From: Acidimicrobiales bacterium
Lineage (GTDB): Bacteria; Actinomycetota; Acidimicrobiia; Acidimicrobiales; SZUA-35
Length of the DNA stretch: 64,000 nt
Assembly: GCA_965224435.1 (NCBI GenBank)
Contig: OZ245048.1
Span: 2,850,182 to 2,914,181 of the forward strand
Direction: 5' to 3'
A program made the translations under genes and the position numbers. Position 1 is the stretch's first letter. Every line of letters begins with the position of its first letter. The notes beneath the pieces were generated by a model. That model did not search any database. It was not told the DNA's origin and worked only from the letters and a program-made list of their open reading frames with translations. Positions 28,901 to 37,223 of this stretch are shown here, in pieces.

Positions 28901-31056
28901 ATGAGCAGGTCGTTGCGAGACTCGACAACGGCTCGAGCCCGATTGACCTCGGCCAAGACACCAGAGACTTGTGACAGCACCGAGGTCCGAACACGAGGAT
29001 CGTCAACGACCAGATCGCCGACAGTGCTGGCAACCAGATCCATCGAGTCGGAGAGCTGATCAACTTCAACCAGAAGCTCACCAGCCTCCACCGACGATTC
29101 AGTTAGAGGCGCCTGCTCGGAAATGACTGACAATCGTTGATGGTAACTACTGAATGCCCCATCAGTTGACAGGTGACGGGCCGCCTCTTGGGCCAATCCA
29201 TCATGGGCAGCCTCAGCCTGACCGATGAGCTCTTCCACTCTGACAACGTCAATCTCTCGACGCTCCTTGATGGTGTGGAGATGACCGATCTCCCGCCGAA
29301 CAACGGCCAGTCCGGCGATGAAACCCTCGGTGTCTTGGGGTGGGGAGAGTCGGAACTCTTCTAAGGCTTTGGAAAGAGAGACCTCAGCTTCGGCCAGGGC
29401 TTCGGCCGCGCCGGCCTCGACCTCCTTCATCCGTTCGAACTCGTCCAGGACCTGCTCGGCTACCAATCGAATGTCGCGGGCAGGGCTGGCCAGATCACCA
29501 GTTTCGTCGTCACCGGCCCAGTGATGAACATCGACGAACCGTCCGGCGGAGCTAAGAAGGTCGCCATAGACCGCAGCGCTCGCCTCGACTTCGCCGACCA
29601 GTCGAGCGAGGGCTAATGCGTCGGCGATCCCACTAACCAACGAAGCGTTGCCAATCCGATCGAATTCAGAGTTCTGATGGGGCTGCTTGGCCGCGAACTC
29701 ATCGGAGAAGAAGGGAGTGATCCACGTCTGGATCGGATGGATGCGGGTTGGTGTCGGCTCTTCTCGAAAGACGACCATGGTGCCGTCGTCAAAGATCGTG
29801 TGACCGTGGCACCAGATTGGAGCCGCTACTTCCTGGCGCACGACGTTGTAGGTCAACAGAATCGAGCGGCCGCCTGCCTGCTCATAGAAGATGTACATGA
29901 CATCTTCACCGTTTGGCGAGCGAACGACTTCGAGCAACTCCATGTCGGTAACGTCGAGATCAAAGGTCCGAACTTCACCGGTTTTGAGGTAGACACCCTC
30001 AGGAAAGATCAGACCCTGATCGTCGGGAAGTTGGCGAAAAGCATCACCCAAGCTATCCAAGCGAACAGCAGAGTGAGCTAGCCGGTTGACCACGTAGTAG
30101 CGGTGGTCATTCTCGCCGTAGGGCAACAGATCGACAAGAACAAGATCACCGGCGACGGCCCAACTGATCTCGCAATCTTGTAGCGACTGATCGGCATGCT
30201 CTAGACGATCCTCCAACAGGAGACTGCCCGCTCCACCGTCATCGAGAAGAATCTGCAGCGACCCACCAAGAGGATTGATCAGGACACGCTCAGACAACTT
30301 GATAAGTGACCGATCCAGGTGATCGGCCCGTGTGCTTTTGGTCCACTCAACATCTTGAGACGCAGGAAAGGAATGATCTCGCTCGCCCCGAGCATCAAGG
30401 TAGCGAAGTTCGTTGTCGGGCGAAATCTCCCAACGCAGAACACGAATGTCGCCTACGCCTGAGCCAGTCCGGAAGACCGCGAGTAGGCGATTTCCGGTTC
30501 GGTACAGCTGTTGAAGCGAAGTCTGCTTGAAGTAGGTGTGCAGCTCTTCGAAGTCACGGCGGAACTGGTCGTCATCCAAGACCGATCCGGTCAGACCTTC
30601 GGGGTTCGGGCTGAAACTCACCTGACCTGGGGCATCTGACGCAACGTCGTCGCCAAGTTCGAGGTGATGGACCGCAAAGATGTCTTCGGGCCGAACGTTG
30701 TCGGACACTCCGCTGACTGCGTTGTACGCCAGGACCAGTTGATCGCCAATATTGGCGACATCACGAGGAACGGCGTTGGCCTCGGTCCGAACTCGCTCCG
30801 TACCAAGCAGTTCGAACGGCGACGAGCCAAACGCTTCGAGCCGCATCGCGTTGAGCGAATTTGCTCGTGTGGTCAGCTCGCCGGCCGCTGCTTCCAGTCG
30901 ACCCCGCAAGAGAGCGTAAGCACTCTGGGAAACCCGCGAGGTCTCGTTGCCTGGTTCGCCAGACTCTGATCCGATCTGATCAGATCCGATCTGCTCGGGG
31001 CCCTCTTGGGCAGACGAAATACTGTCCGTCGTCTGGTTCTGTGGTTCGTCGCTCAC
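25939..31056 (-). CDS. Giant (1705 aa) MoxR-like AAA+ ATPase with a long coiled-coil and helical N-terminal and central region (DUF3686-like, 'DNA repair ATPase'-type)
   Basis: Walker A LLSPPGYGKTTLVEY and Walker B ILYLDDIQ. AAA_5/MoxR-type sensor region VVMAGNPYTESGERFRIPDMLANRADTYNLG in the C-terminal third. Extensive predicted coiled coil between roughly residues 500-1000. Acidic N-terminus. Its start overlaps the flotillin stop by 4 nt. Confidence 0.75.
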   Translation of the reverse strand: MSDEPQNQTTDSISSAQEGPEQIGSDQIGSESGEPGNETSRVSQSAYALLRGRLEAAAGELTTRANSLNAMRLEAFGSSPFELLGTERVRTEANAVPRDVANIGDQLVLAYNAVSGVSDNVRPEDIFAVHHLELGDDVASDAPGQVSFSPNPEGLTGSVLDDDQFRRDFEELHTYFKQTSLQQLYRTGNRLLAVFRTGSGVGDIRVLRWEISPDNELRYLDARGERDHSFPASQDVEWTKSTRADHLDRSLIKLSERVLINPLGGSLQILLDDGGAGSLLLEDRLEHADQSLQDCEISWAVAGDLVLVDLLPYGENDHRYYVVNRLAHSAVRLDSLGDAFRQLPDDQGLIFPEGVYLKTGEVRTFDLDVTDMELLEVVRSPNGEDVMYIFYEQAGGRSILLTYNVVRQEVAAPIWCHGHTIFDDGTMVVFREEPTPTRIHPIQTWITPFFSDEFAAKQPHQNSEFDRIGNASLVSGIADALALARLVGEVEASAAVYGDLLSSAGRFVDVHHWAGDDETGDLASPARDIRLVAEQVLDEFERMKEVEAGAAEALAEAEVSLSKALEEFRLSPPQDTEGFIAGLAVVRREIGHLHTIKERREIDVVRVEELIGQAEAAHDGLAQEAARHLSTDGAFSSYHQRLSVISEQAPLTESSVEAGELLVEVDQLSDSMDLVASTVGDLVVDDPRVRTSVLSQVSGVLAEVNRARAVVESRNDLLIQLETGAAFATEIGLLGQSIATAVGRASTPEACDEALARLMLQLEQLETAGPRTEDQLDELGQRRDQVTEALSSRRQQLVDDRQQRAERLVGAAVRTLDRVADRAANLPSTDDVNGFFAADPMVARVRGLLDDLRELGEPVRADELQARIGSARDGAVRALRDRADLFDGDAVKLGRHRFSVDDRRRELTIVPGKDHLEAVLTGTDLRIALQTTSSNDSAGSDGLADRDMWERPLRSETADLYRATYLAVDMILDMLAGRDATGESPQKAFDIGSGAGSDTESDGILRLVQDQVDQRLSEGYDRGVHDMDAALILRELGQLALSAESLLTPGPVRAAAQLAWAERLDDKGRERWVERGDAASEIRVEPSTLDELAQQLVLDLTNNDDQDKPSNTVWPIARYLIGELFRSARFAFAQSPAVVDWMKKLAKDEVVAAMVQDLDGDRDGALVLVSDYVEGKVGAPNSHLVAELVVCLVLPELPRRLVDVDLAFAVEGLTGRHQTVEAGTLSGRIDQVIQQVRLHNAEGVPRHSAFTAARDIALTELRDSLRLDGLEPQVPEGFVRNQLIDQVYLPLIGDNLARQIGTIDDQVGARSGLLMLLSPPGYGKTTLVEYIADRLGMALVKVSGPGLGHEVTSLDPAQAPSATAAREIERINLAFAVGANVILYLDDIQHTNPEFLQRFISLCDAQRRIEGVWDGSARSFDLRGKRFAVVMAGNPYTESGERFRIPDMLANRADTYNLGDVLSGNEEVFARSYLENALTSNPALAPLAGSSPEDLNRLFRASDGAAGSAAIEESMLDGSYSSVEVNEMVMTLRHLRQVQEVVLSVNRQYIASAATDDQYRTEPPFLLQGSYRNMARMASKLLPIMTSDEVDRLIDEHYAAESQALTGAAEWNLLRLAELRDSMTDVQRQRWSDILATFRRQQRLGGDDRDPATRLVAAIESVADAFNNQPDIHFTPDIHVGASKPKVRQKPPDWVSEPAPPEEPD

Positions 31057-32948
31057 TTGCCGATGCGGCGTAGCAGGTCAGCTACCGACAGGTCGCGAAG
31101 ACCTTCCGGACCAAGGCCACCAATGGCTTCGGCCAGCTTGGCTACCAGATCCTCATCACCGTCAAGGTAAGGATCAAGGGCGGTTTCGGCCACATCGGAC
31201 TTCTCGACAAAGGCATCCAGGGCCTTGCCCGAACCAATGGCACCAATCACTCGGTCGACAAAGATGTCCGAGCCACCAACGATGTCAATATCGGCACTTT
31301 CGAGTCCGGCCTTCATGGCGTCAGCTTGGGCCTCGGCAATATCAACCTGGGCACCGACTGCAGCCAGACGGACCTTGGTATCGGCTTCAAGTTCACGAAC
31401 AAATTCTTCGTGCTCTTGACCAACACCCTCAAGCTCGCGCATCGCCGCCGCCTTCTCGGTCAGACCAGCGGCCTCACCCTTCAGCTTCGCTTCGGCGATC
31501 TCGGCTTCGGCTAGTCCAGCGACTCGCAACTTGTCGGCTTCGGCCTGACCCATCTCACGAACCACAATGGCCCGGGCCCGGTCAACGTCAACCACGGCCA
31601 AGCCGCTGGCGGCTTCTTCGGCCTTGACGCCTTCAGCCAAACGAATCTTGGCCTGAGCGCTCAGTTCCGCTGCTTCCATTTCAGCCTGAGCCAGCGTCAG
31701 CTGACGCTTGGCTTCATGACCAGACGCAGTCTCAGCTGCTTCTGCTTCCTTGATGTCTTTGACCAACGCACCCTGCGCCTCGGCTTCGGCGGCAATAACG
31801 ACGGCGTCACGCTCACGATTGGCTTGCTCGACTACCCGCAAGGTCGCGATCTGCTCCTCTTGCTCAGCCACCGTCTTCTCGACGGCGACACGGCCGCGCT
31901 TGATGTCCGCAATGACGCTCATTTCTTCTTCGAGCGCCTTTTCTGCGGCCAAGGTTTCGACCTGGCGGCTCATGTTCTCCAGCTCGGCTGCCTTGCGAAC
32001 ACGCTCGGCCTCGACCCCAAGCACTCGCTCGCGGTTCTTGGCTGCAACCTCAATTTCGCGCTGCAGATTCTCTTGCTCGACCCCAAGCTTCTGGTCAACC
32101 TCGAGGGTGGCCATCTCGGCCCGCAAGCGCTCCTCAGCCTTAACCTTGTCAATGGTCGCCTGCTCGCGGTGGCGTACCGCTTGGATCTCGCGATGCTGAC
32201 GAGCTTCGGCATCGGCTTGCTGACGCTCGAGTTCCAGCACGGCTTCGCGAGTCTCAACATTCTTGGCCGTGATCTGCTTGGCTTCGTTGTTGGCAATGTT
32301 ATTGGTGGCTACGTGCTCGATAGCAGTCAGCTCGGTAATCTTGCGGATGCCTTGGGCATCGAGAATATTGTCCGTATCCAAACTGGCCAGCGGAGTTTGC
32401 TCCAGGTAGTCAATGGCGACGTCTTCCAGCGAATAGCCGTTCAGATCGGTACCAATGACCTCGATGATCCGGTCACGGAAGGTGGCTCGCTCGGTGTAGA
32501 GCGAGACGAACTGCATCTGCTTACCGACAGTCTTCAACGCCTCGGAGAACTTCGCAGTGAACAGCTCTTCAAGCGTCTCGCGCTCTGATGCTCGCTCACA
32601 ACCAATGGCCTGAGCCACCTTGATCACGTCTTCTTCAGCCTTGTTGACTCGGACGAAGAAGTTGACCTTGATGTCGGCCCGGATGTTGTCCTCACAAATG
32701 AGTCCCTCCGTGCCACGACGATCAATCTCGATGGTCTTGACCGAGATGTCCATCATCTCCGCCTTGTGCAAGACGGGAACCACGATCTGGCCGGTGAAGG
32801 TCACCACAACCTTCTTCATGGTGCTGACAACCAGTGCCTTACCCTGAGGCACCTTTCGATAGAGCCGGGAGAAGACCAGGCCGATGACGGCCGCCAACAT
32901 CAAGAAGACGAAGACGACAACAAGAACTATTCCAATTGCTGTGGACAC
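31053..32948 (-). CDS. floT: Flotillin-like SPFH/Band-7 protein (FloT/YuaG-type)
   Basis: 631 aa. N-terminal membrane hairpin (IGIVLVVVFVFLMLAAVIGLVF). SPFH domain. Long E/A/R/K-rich coiled-coil flotillin region (EAEARQHREIQAVRHREQATIDKVKAEERLRAEM...). Confidence 0.85.
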   Translation of the reverse strand: MSTAIGIVLVVVFVFLMLAAVIGLVFSRLYRKVPQGKALVVSTMKKVVVTFTGQIVVPVLHKAEMMDISVKTIEIDRRGTEGLICEDNIRADIKVNFFVRVNKAEEDVIKVAQAIGCERASERETLEELFTAKFSEALKTVGKQMQFVSLYTERATFRDRIIEVIGTDLNGYSLEDVAIDYLEQTPLASLDTDNILDAQGIRKITELTAIEHVATNNIANNEAKQITAKNVETREAVLELERQQADAEARQHREIQAVRHREQATIDKVKAEERLRAEMATLEVDQKLGVEQENLQREIEVAAKNRERVLGVEAERVRKAAELENMSRQVETLAAEKALEEEMSVIADIKRGRVAVEKTVAEQEEQIATLRVVEQANRERDAVVIAAEAEAQGALVKDIKEAEAAETASGHEAKRQLTLAQAEMEAAELSAQAKIRLAEGVKAEEAASGLAVVDVDRARAIVVREMGQAEADKLRVAGLAEAEIAEAKLKGEAAGLTEKAAAMRELEGVGQEHEEFVRELEADTKVRLAAVGAQVDIAEAQADAMKAGLESADIDIVGGSDIFVDRVIGAIGSGKALDAFVEKSDVAETALDPYLDGDEDLVAKLAEAIGGLGPEGLRDLSVADLLRRIGK

Positions 32949-32984
32949 TATTTCCCTCTACTTTTCTCTAGAACAACCATCAAA

Positions 32985-33674
32985 CTAAACCAGGCCTTCG
33001 ACGTCTGGGGAGACGAGGTAGTCGCCACCCTCATCAACCGAGACAATCAAGGCTTGTGACCCCGCTCCGAGACGGTTAGGGGTCTGACAACGCACCTGAA
33101 TGATGTGACTTCCCGACACTGAGTCAACCGCTTCAGCCTGTCCAAACAGGGTGCTCACGCTTCCGGTTCGAATGGTGCAAATCCGGCCAATGAGATCGGC
33201 TCGGCGGATATGAGGCTCGGGCACAAAGACCGGAGCTAGAACGATTGCGATCTTGCCAGCAATGAACATTCCTGCAAGCAGGCTGGCCAAGGTCAATGCC
33301 AGGCCAACCAGGGTTGCGGTACTACCTCCAGCCGAGGTGAGAGCCAATGTTCCCAAAGCTGACACCAAGAAACCAACCAGTGAGATGACCGTAAGCACCA
33401 GGGCCACTGGCATCAGGTGCAGGTCGAAAGCCTGCAAGATCCCAACCAAGAACCCGTTGGAGCTTCCGGCTCCGTCGCCACCAGCGTCACTACCAATGTC
33501 ACCAGCATCAGCACCGACGTCACCGGCAACATCACCGCCAAGGTCGAGATCAAGGTCACCGCCACCGCTCTCAAAACCAAGCAACACCGACAAGATCCAG
33601 TAACCAGCGGACACCAAAAGGACCGTGGTGAAGATGACCGTTGGATATCCAAACGCAATTTCAATGACTCGCAT
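32985..33674 (-). CDS. NfeD-like membrane protein (YuaF-type) with a C-terminal OB-fold
   Basis: TM-rich N-terminus and a C-terminal beta-barrel segment (GRICTIRTGSVSTLFGQAEAVDSVSGSHIIQVRC...ALIVSVDEGGDYLVSP). A 36-nt gap separates it from the flotillin gene. The start was taken at the internal MRVIEIAF; the track ORF extends to 33761. Confidence 0.75.
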   Translation of the reverse strand: MRVIEIAFGYPTVIFTTVLLVSAGYWILSVLLGFESGGGDLDLDLGGDVAGDVGADAGDIGSDAGGDGAGSSNGFLVGILQAFDLHLMPVALVLTVISLVGFLVSALGTLALTSAGGSTATLVGLALTLASLLAGMFIAGKIAIVLAPVFVPEPHIRRADLIGRICTIRTGSVSTLFGQAEAVDSVSGSHIIQVRCQTPNRLGAGSQALIVSVDEGGDYLVSPDVEGLV

Positions 33675-33788
33675 GCCGCTGCTCAGTCCTCCCTGTTCCG
33701 CATCATAGGTTCTCGGATGTAACGAAGGGGGCATGAAAGAAGTTCCCATAACTTCCGCCATTCCTCAGCGTGCCTCTAGCATCGCTGG

Positions 33789-35213
33789 ATGCACTACATC
33801 GACGGCTCGTGGATTGAATCAGCTCACACATTTGAGGTCACCAACCCAGCAACAGGTGAGGCGATTGCTCAGGTTGCTGACGGTGGCGCATGCGAAGCAG
33901 CCGAAGCCGTCACAGCCGCGGACAAGGCGTTTGCTTCCTTCGCTGCCCTCACCGCTTACGAGCGAAGTGCTCTTCTGTATAGGGCATGGCAGCTGATGAC
34001 TGACCGCAGCGAAGATCTGGCCATGCTCATGACTACCGAGCAAGGCAAACCACTCAAAGCAGCGCGCAATGAGGTGAAGTACGCAGCAGACTTCCTGCTG
34101 TGGTACGCCGAGGAGGCCAAGCGCGTCTACGGCGAGACCATTCCCTCGGCTAGGTCCAACCAGCGATTCATGGTCATGCATCAGCCAGTCGGGGTCTGTG
34201 CCGCCATCACCCCTTGGAACTATCCAATCTCGATGATCACCCGCAAGGTCGGCCCAGCCCTGGCTGCTGGCTGCACCATGGTGCTCAAGCCGGCCGAGCA
34301 AACCCCGCTTTGTGCCATTGCCATGTTTGAGATTTTCGAGGAGGCCGGCATCCCGGCCGGTGTCGTCAATATGGTCAATACGTCGACCCCAGAGAAAGTC
34401 GGGGACGTCTGGCTACAAGATGACCGGGTCGCCAAGTTGACCTTTACTGGCTCAACAGAAGTCGGCAAACTGCTGGGAAGCCAGGCCGTGGCCAACGTCA
34501 AGCGGGTCTCGATGGAGCTCGGCGGCCATGCTCCGTTCATTGTCTTTGACGATGCCGACCCGGTGCACGCAGCCAAGGGCCTTTCCCTCCTCAAGTTTCT
34601 CAACACTGGTCAGGCCTGCATCTCCCCCAATCGGATCTATGTGCAGCGGTCCATTGCCGAGGAGTTCTTGCAAACCCTCACCACCAGGGTGGCGGCCATG
34701 CGGGCCGGCGAGGGCACCAAGGACGGCATCACCATCGGCCCACTGGTCGACTCGGCCAGCGTGGACAAGGTGGAACGACAAGTGCAAGATGCCGTGGCCA
34801 AGGGAGCCAAGCTGCTCACAGGCGGGAAACGCCTGCAAGAAGATGGACTGGACAAGGGGCACTTCTTTGCCCCGACGGTGCTCACCAATGTCACTTCGGA
34901 CATGGACATCCACAACGAGGAGACGTTCGGGCCCGTGGCTCCGATCATCATCTTCGACGACGAGAGTGACATCTTGGACAAGGCCAATGACACGTCCTAT
35001 GGCTTAGCTGCCTATCTCTACACCAATGACATTTCGCGAGCCTGGCGGATCGCTGAAGGTCTGCGATTCGGCATTATCGGGATCAATGACATCAACCCAA
35101 CTTCAGCTGCCGCACCCTTTGGCGGAATGAAGGAATCTGGCCTGGGGCGAGAAGGCGGACACGTCGGCCTGGAGGAGTACCTGGATACCAAACTCGTCGG
35201 CTGGAGTGTCTAG
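33789..35213 (+). CDS. gabD: NAD(P)-dependent succinate-semialdehyde dehydrogenase (GabD-like aldehyde dehydrogenase)
   Basis: 474 aa. ALDH family with the catalytic Cys context (NTGQACISPNRIYVQ) and the Glu motif MELGGHAP. Confidence 0.85.
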   Translation: MHYIDGSWIESAHTFEVTNPATGEAIAQVADGGACEAAEAVTAADKAFASFAALTAYERSALLYRAWQLMTDRSEDLAMLMTTEQGKPLKAARNEVKYAADFLLWYAEEAKRVYGETIPSARSNQRFMVMHQPVGVCAAITPWNYPISMITRKVGPALAAGCTMVLKPAEQTPLCAIAMFEIFEEAGIPAGVVNMVNTSTPEKVGDVWLQDDRVAKLTFTGSTEVGKLLGSQAVANVKRVSMELGGHAPFIVFDDADPVHAAKGLSLLKFLNTGQACISPNRIYVQRSIAEEFLQTLTTRVAAMRAGEGTKDGITIGPLVDSASVDKVERQVQDAVAKGAKLLTGGKRLQEDGLDKGHFFAPTVLTNVTSDMDIHNEETFGPVAPIIIFDDESDILDKANDTSYGLAAYLYTNDISRAWRIAEGLRFGIIGINDINPTSAAAPFGGMKESGLGREGGHVGLEEYLDTKLVGWSV

Positions 35214-35268
35214 ACGCTGGACCGTCTGGATGCTGGACTGTCTAGATGCTGGACTGTCTAGATGCTGG
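35205..35268. repeat. Tandem repeat of a 16-bp unit gatgctggactgtcta, x3 plus a degenerate leading copy
   Basis: Direct reading. It starts inside the last codons of gabD, and the gabD TAG stop lies in the first degenerate copy. Confidence 0.9.
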
Positions 35269-35847
35269 ACTGTCTAAACGTCAACCTGTTTGGCGTCGTC
35301 CCAAGCCTGTTGGGTCTTGGGGCTCATACGTCTTGGGTACAGACCCCCAAATGTTCAAGGACCGACAACGAACGGCCGTAGTGGTGGGTGCGGAACTCTC
35401 CGCGTAGCGAGACGTTGACTCTGGGGCCAGTAGTGGTCGCCTTATCCCCAGAGGAGTCAGTGGCGAAACCGACGTTGATCTATTCAACTGTCGGGTCACC
35501 CGACACATCACCTGATCGGTGGTTATCGCAAAAGACTGTGCCATGGAAATCATGTCACGAACAATCATTCCCCCAGAATCCTCACAACCTATTCGCGTCG
35601 TCTGCTCTACCCAACCGATAGCAGATGACCACCTTCAGCTTCAAGGCATGCATATATGCCTTGAAGGGGACTGGTTAGCGGCCTCGTGTCGCGCCATTTC
35701 CCATCGCTGGCCACTCGTCTGGCTCCGGTGGTGGATGAAAGTTTCGCCCACTTTCACACGCGTGAGACATGATGGTTGGTTCGGCTCCCGCTGGAACCAA
35801 GCATTCATGCCCTTCGCACCACCCCCGGACGCCGGCCGCTGGCCAAG

Positions 35848-36672
35848 CTAGCTGTACGAGACGCCGAGGCCGGCCCGAGCGTCCTGTTGCACCCCATAAG
35901 GCGGAATTGGATAGCGCAGGCCATTGCCAGAGAGCGCCTTCAGACCGGCAATAGCTTTGGGTAGGAAGCCGGGAGGAGTTGCCATCAAAAGCTCATCATC
36001 TTGCACTCCCCCATAGCGTCGCTCGGCGAAACAAGGAATGGACACGCTTGGTTCACGGGTGGCAAGCGCTCTCCCCCAAGAGTCCGCGCACGAGGACTCA
36101 CCAACACATCCCCAGGAGAAGTTCCTGTACCCGCTCCACTGCAAACCGTTGATCAGCAAGATCATCTGAGCCGGATTGGCGTAAATCAGGCAGATATCGG
36201 GAGGCGTGAGACGCCCAGAAACCAGGGGCGAAACCGCCATGGCCACGTAGCGATCATCAGGAACGGTGTGCATGGCTTCTTGATGAATGGCTGAGTCTTC
36301 AAGGGTCTTGAACCACACCCCCGCCATGTGCTTGCCTGACAACCACTCTTCATCACGCGGCCGCAGGCCAAGAACGGCTCCACATTGGTCTCCGACCAGG
36401 TCATCGTTGGTGATTCCAACAGTGAAGTTCAGACGGCTGGCCATGCCAACAATTTGGTCGGCAGTGTGAATGTCCTTTGGTCGACGGATCCTCGGTATGG
36501 CCTCCATCTCCTCAACGGTTGCGAACATCGACATCCCTATCGGGGTAGTCCTCAACCGGAGCAAATGATTCAACTCAGCAACCAGATGTTTCCAATCAAA
36601 CCCATCCCAGTCTTCCTGACTCCAATCCAGCGGGTCAGTTGTTTCGCCTAGGCTCACTGGTTGCTCGTTCAT
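35848..36672 (-). CDS. Conserved hypothetical protein (possibly DUF169-like)
   Basis: 274-aa ORF with good coding character. The family assignment is from memory only and is weak. Confidence 0.35.
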   Translation of the reverse strand: MNEQPVSLGETTDPLDWSQEDWDGFDWKHLVAELNHLLRLRTTPIGMSMFATVEEMEAIPRIRRPKDIHTADQIVGMASRLNFTVGITNDDLVGDQCGAVLGLRPRDEEWLSGKHMAGVWFKTLEDSAIHQEAMHTVPDDRYVAMAVSPLVSGRLTPPDICLIYANPAQMILLINGLQWSGYRNFSWGCVGESSCADSWGRALATREPSVSIPCFAERRYGGVQDDELLMATPPGFLPKAIAGLKALSGNGLRYPIPPYGVQQDARAGLGVSYS

Positions 36673-36818
36673 GGCTTGAAGCTAGCTCACAAACAAATTC
36701 GGCACAGCATCGCTTCCGGAACCTGCGTTACACCACCTGTGCCCGGACAAAGCACGGGTCTCATGGGCCAAATGGCCTCCTTTCTCAAGATGGCCCCGGA
36801 CAGACCGATACTCAGATC

Positions 36819-37223
36819 GTGAGAAATCGTTTCATACTTCTGCTTGCTGGCACCGGATTCGTCGTGGCCACCGCGTCATGTGGTGGTGTCGAGGAAACTA
36901 CTGAGCCTGGTCCTGATCTCGCCTTTGTTCAGGAATCCGTCGAAGATGCAACGACGACGCCGACCCTCGTTCCACAAGATCTGATCTTCGAGTTGGACGC
37001 CGAAGAGGAGGTCCTCGTAGCCTTTGAAGCTGCTTGGGTTTGTGACGTGCAGAGCCAAACCTTCGACTCAAACGGGGCTATCTCCAATGCGTTGGAAGAC
37101 CGTTTGGCCGAGGCTGGCATCGACGAGCAAACTTACGGAGAGTTTCGAGAGTCCATCAACCAGGACGAGAACTTGCGGACCGCCATCATGGCCAGCTACC
37201 AGGTGAACTGTTCGAACACCTAG
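36819..37223 (+). CDS. Small putative lipoprotein
   Basis: Start chosen at an in-frame GTG, giving MRNRFILLLAGTGFVVATASCGG (signal peptide plus lipobox-like TASC). The track ORF starts at 36639. It overlaps the mfd stop convergently by 4 nt. Confidence 0.45.
   Translation: MRNRFILLLAGTGFVVATASCGGVEETTEPGPDLAFVQESVEDATTTPTLVPQDLIFELDAEEEVLVAFEAAWVCDVQSQTFDSNGAISNALEDRLAEAGIDEQTYGEFRESINQDENLRTAIMASYQVNCSNT

Noticed and set aside
31716-32588. 290-aa plus-strand ORF antisense to flotillin
   Set aside because: A Leu/Asp-rich mirror of the flotillin coiled-coil codons. Typical shadow ORF.
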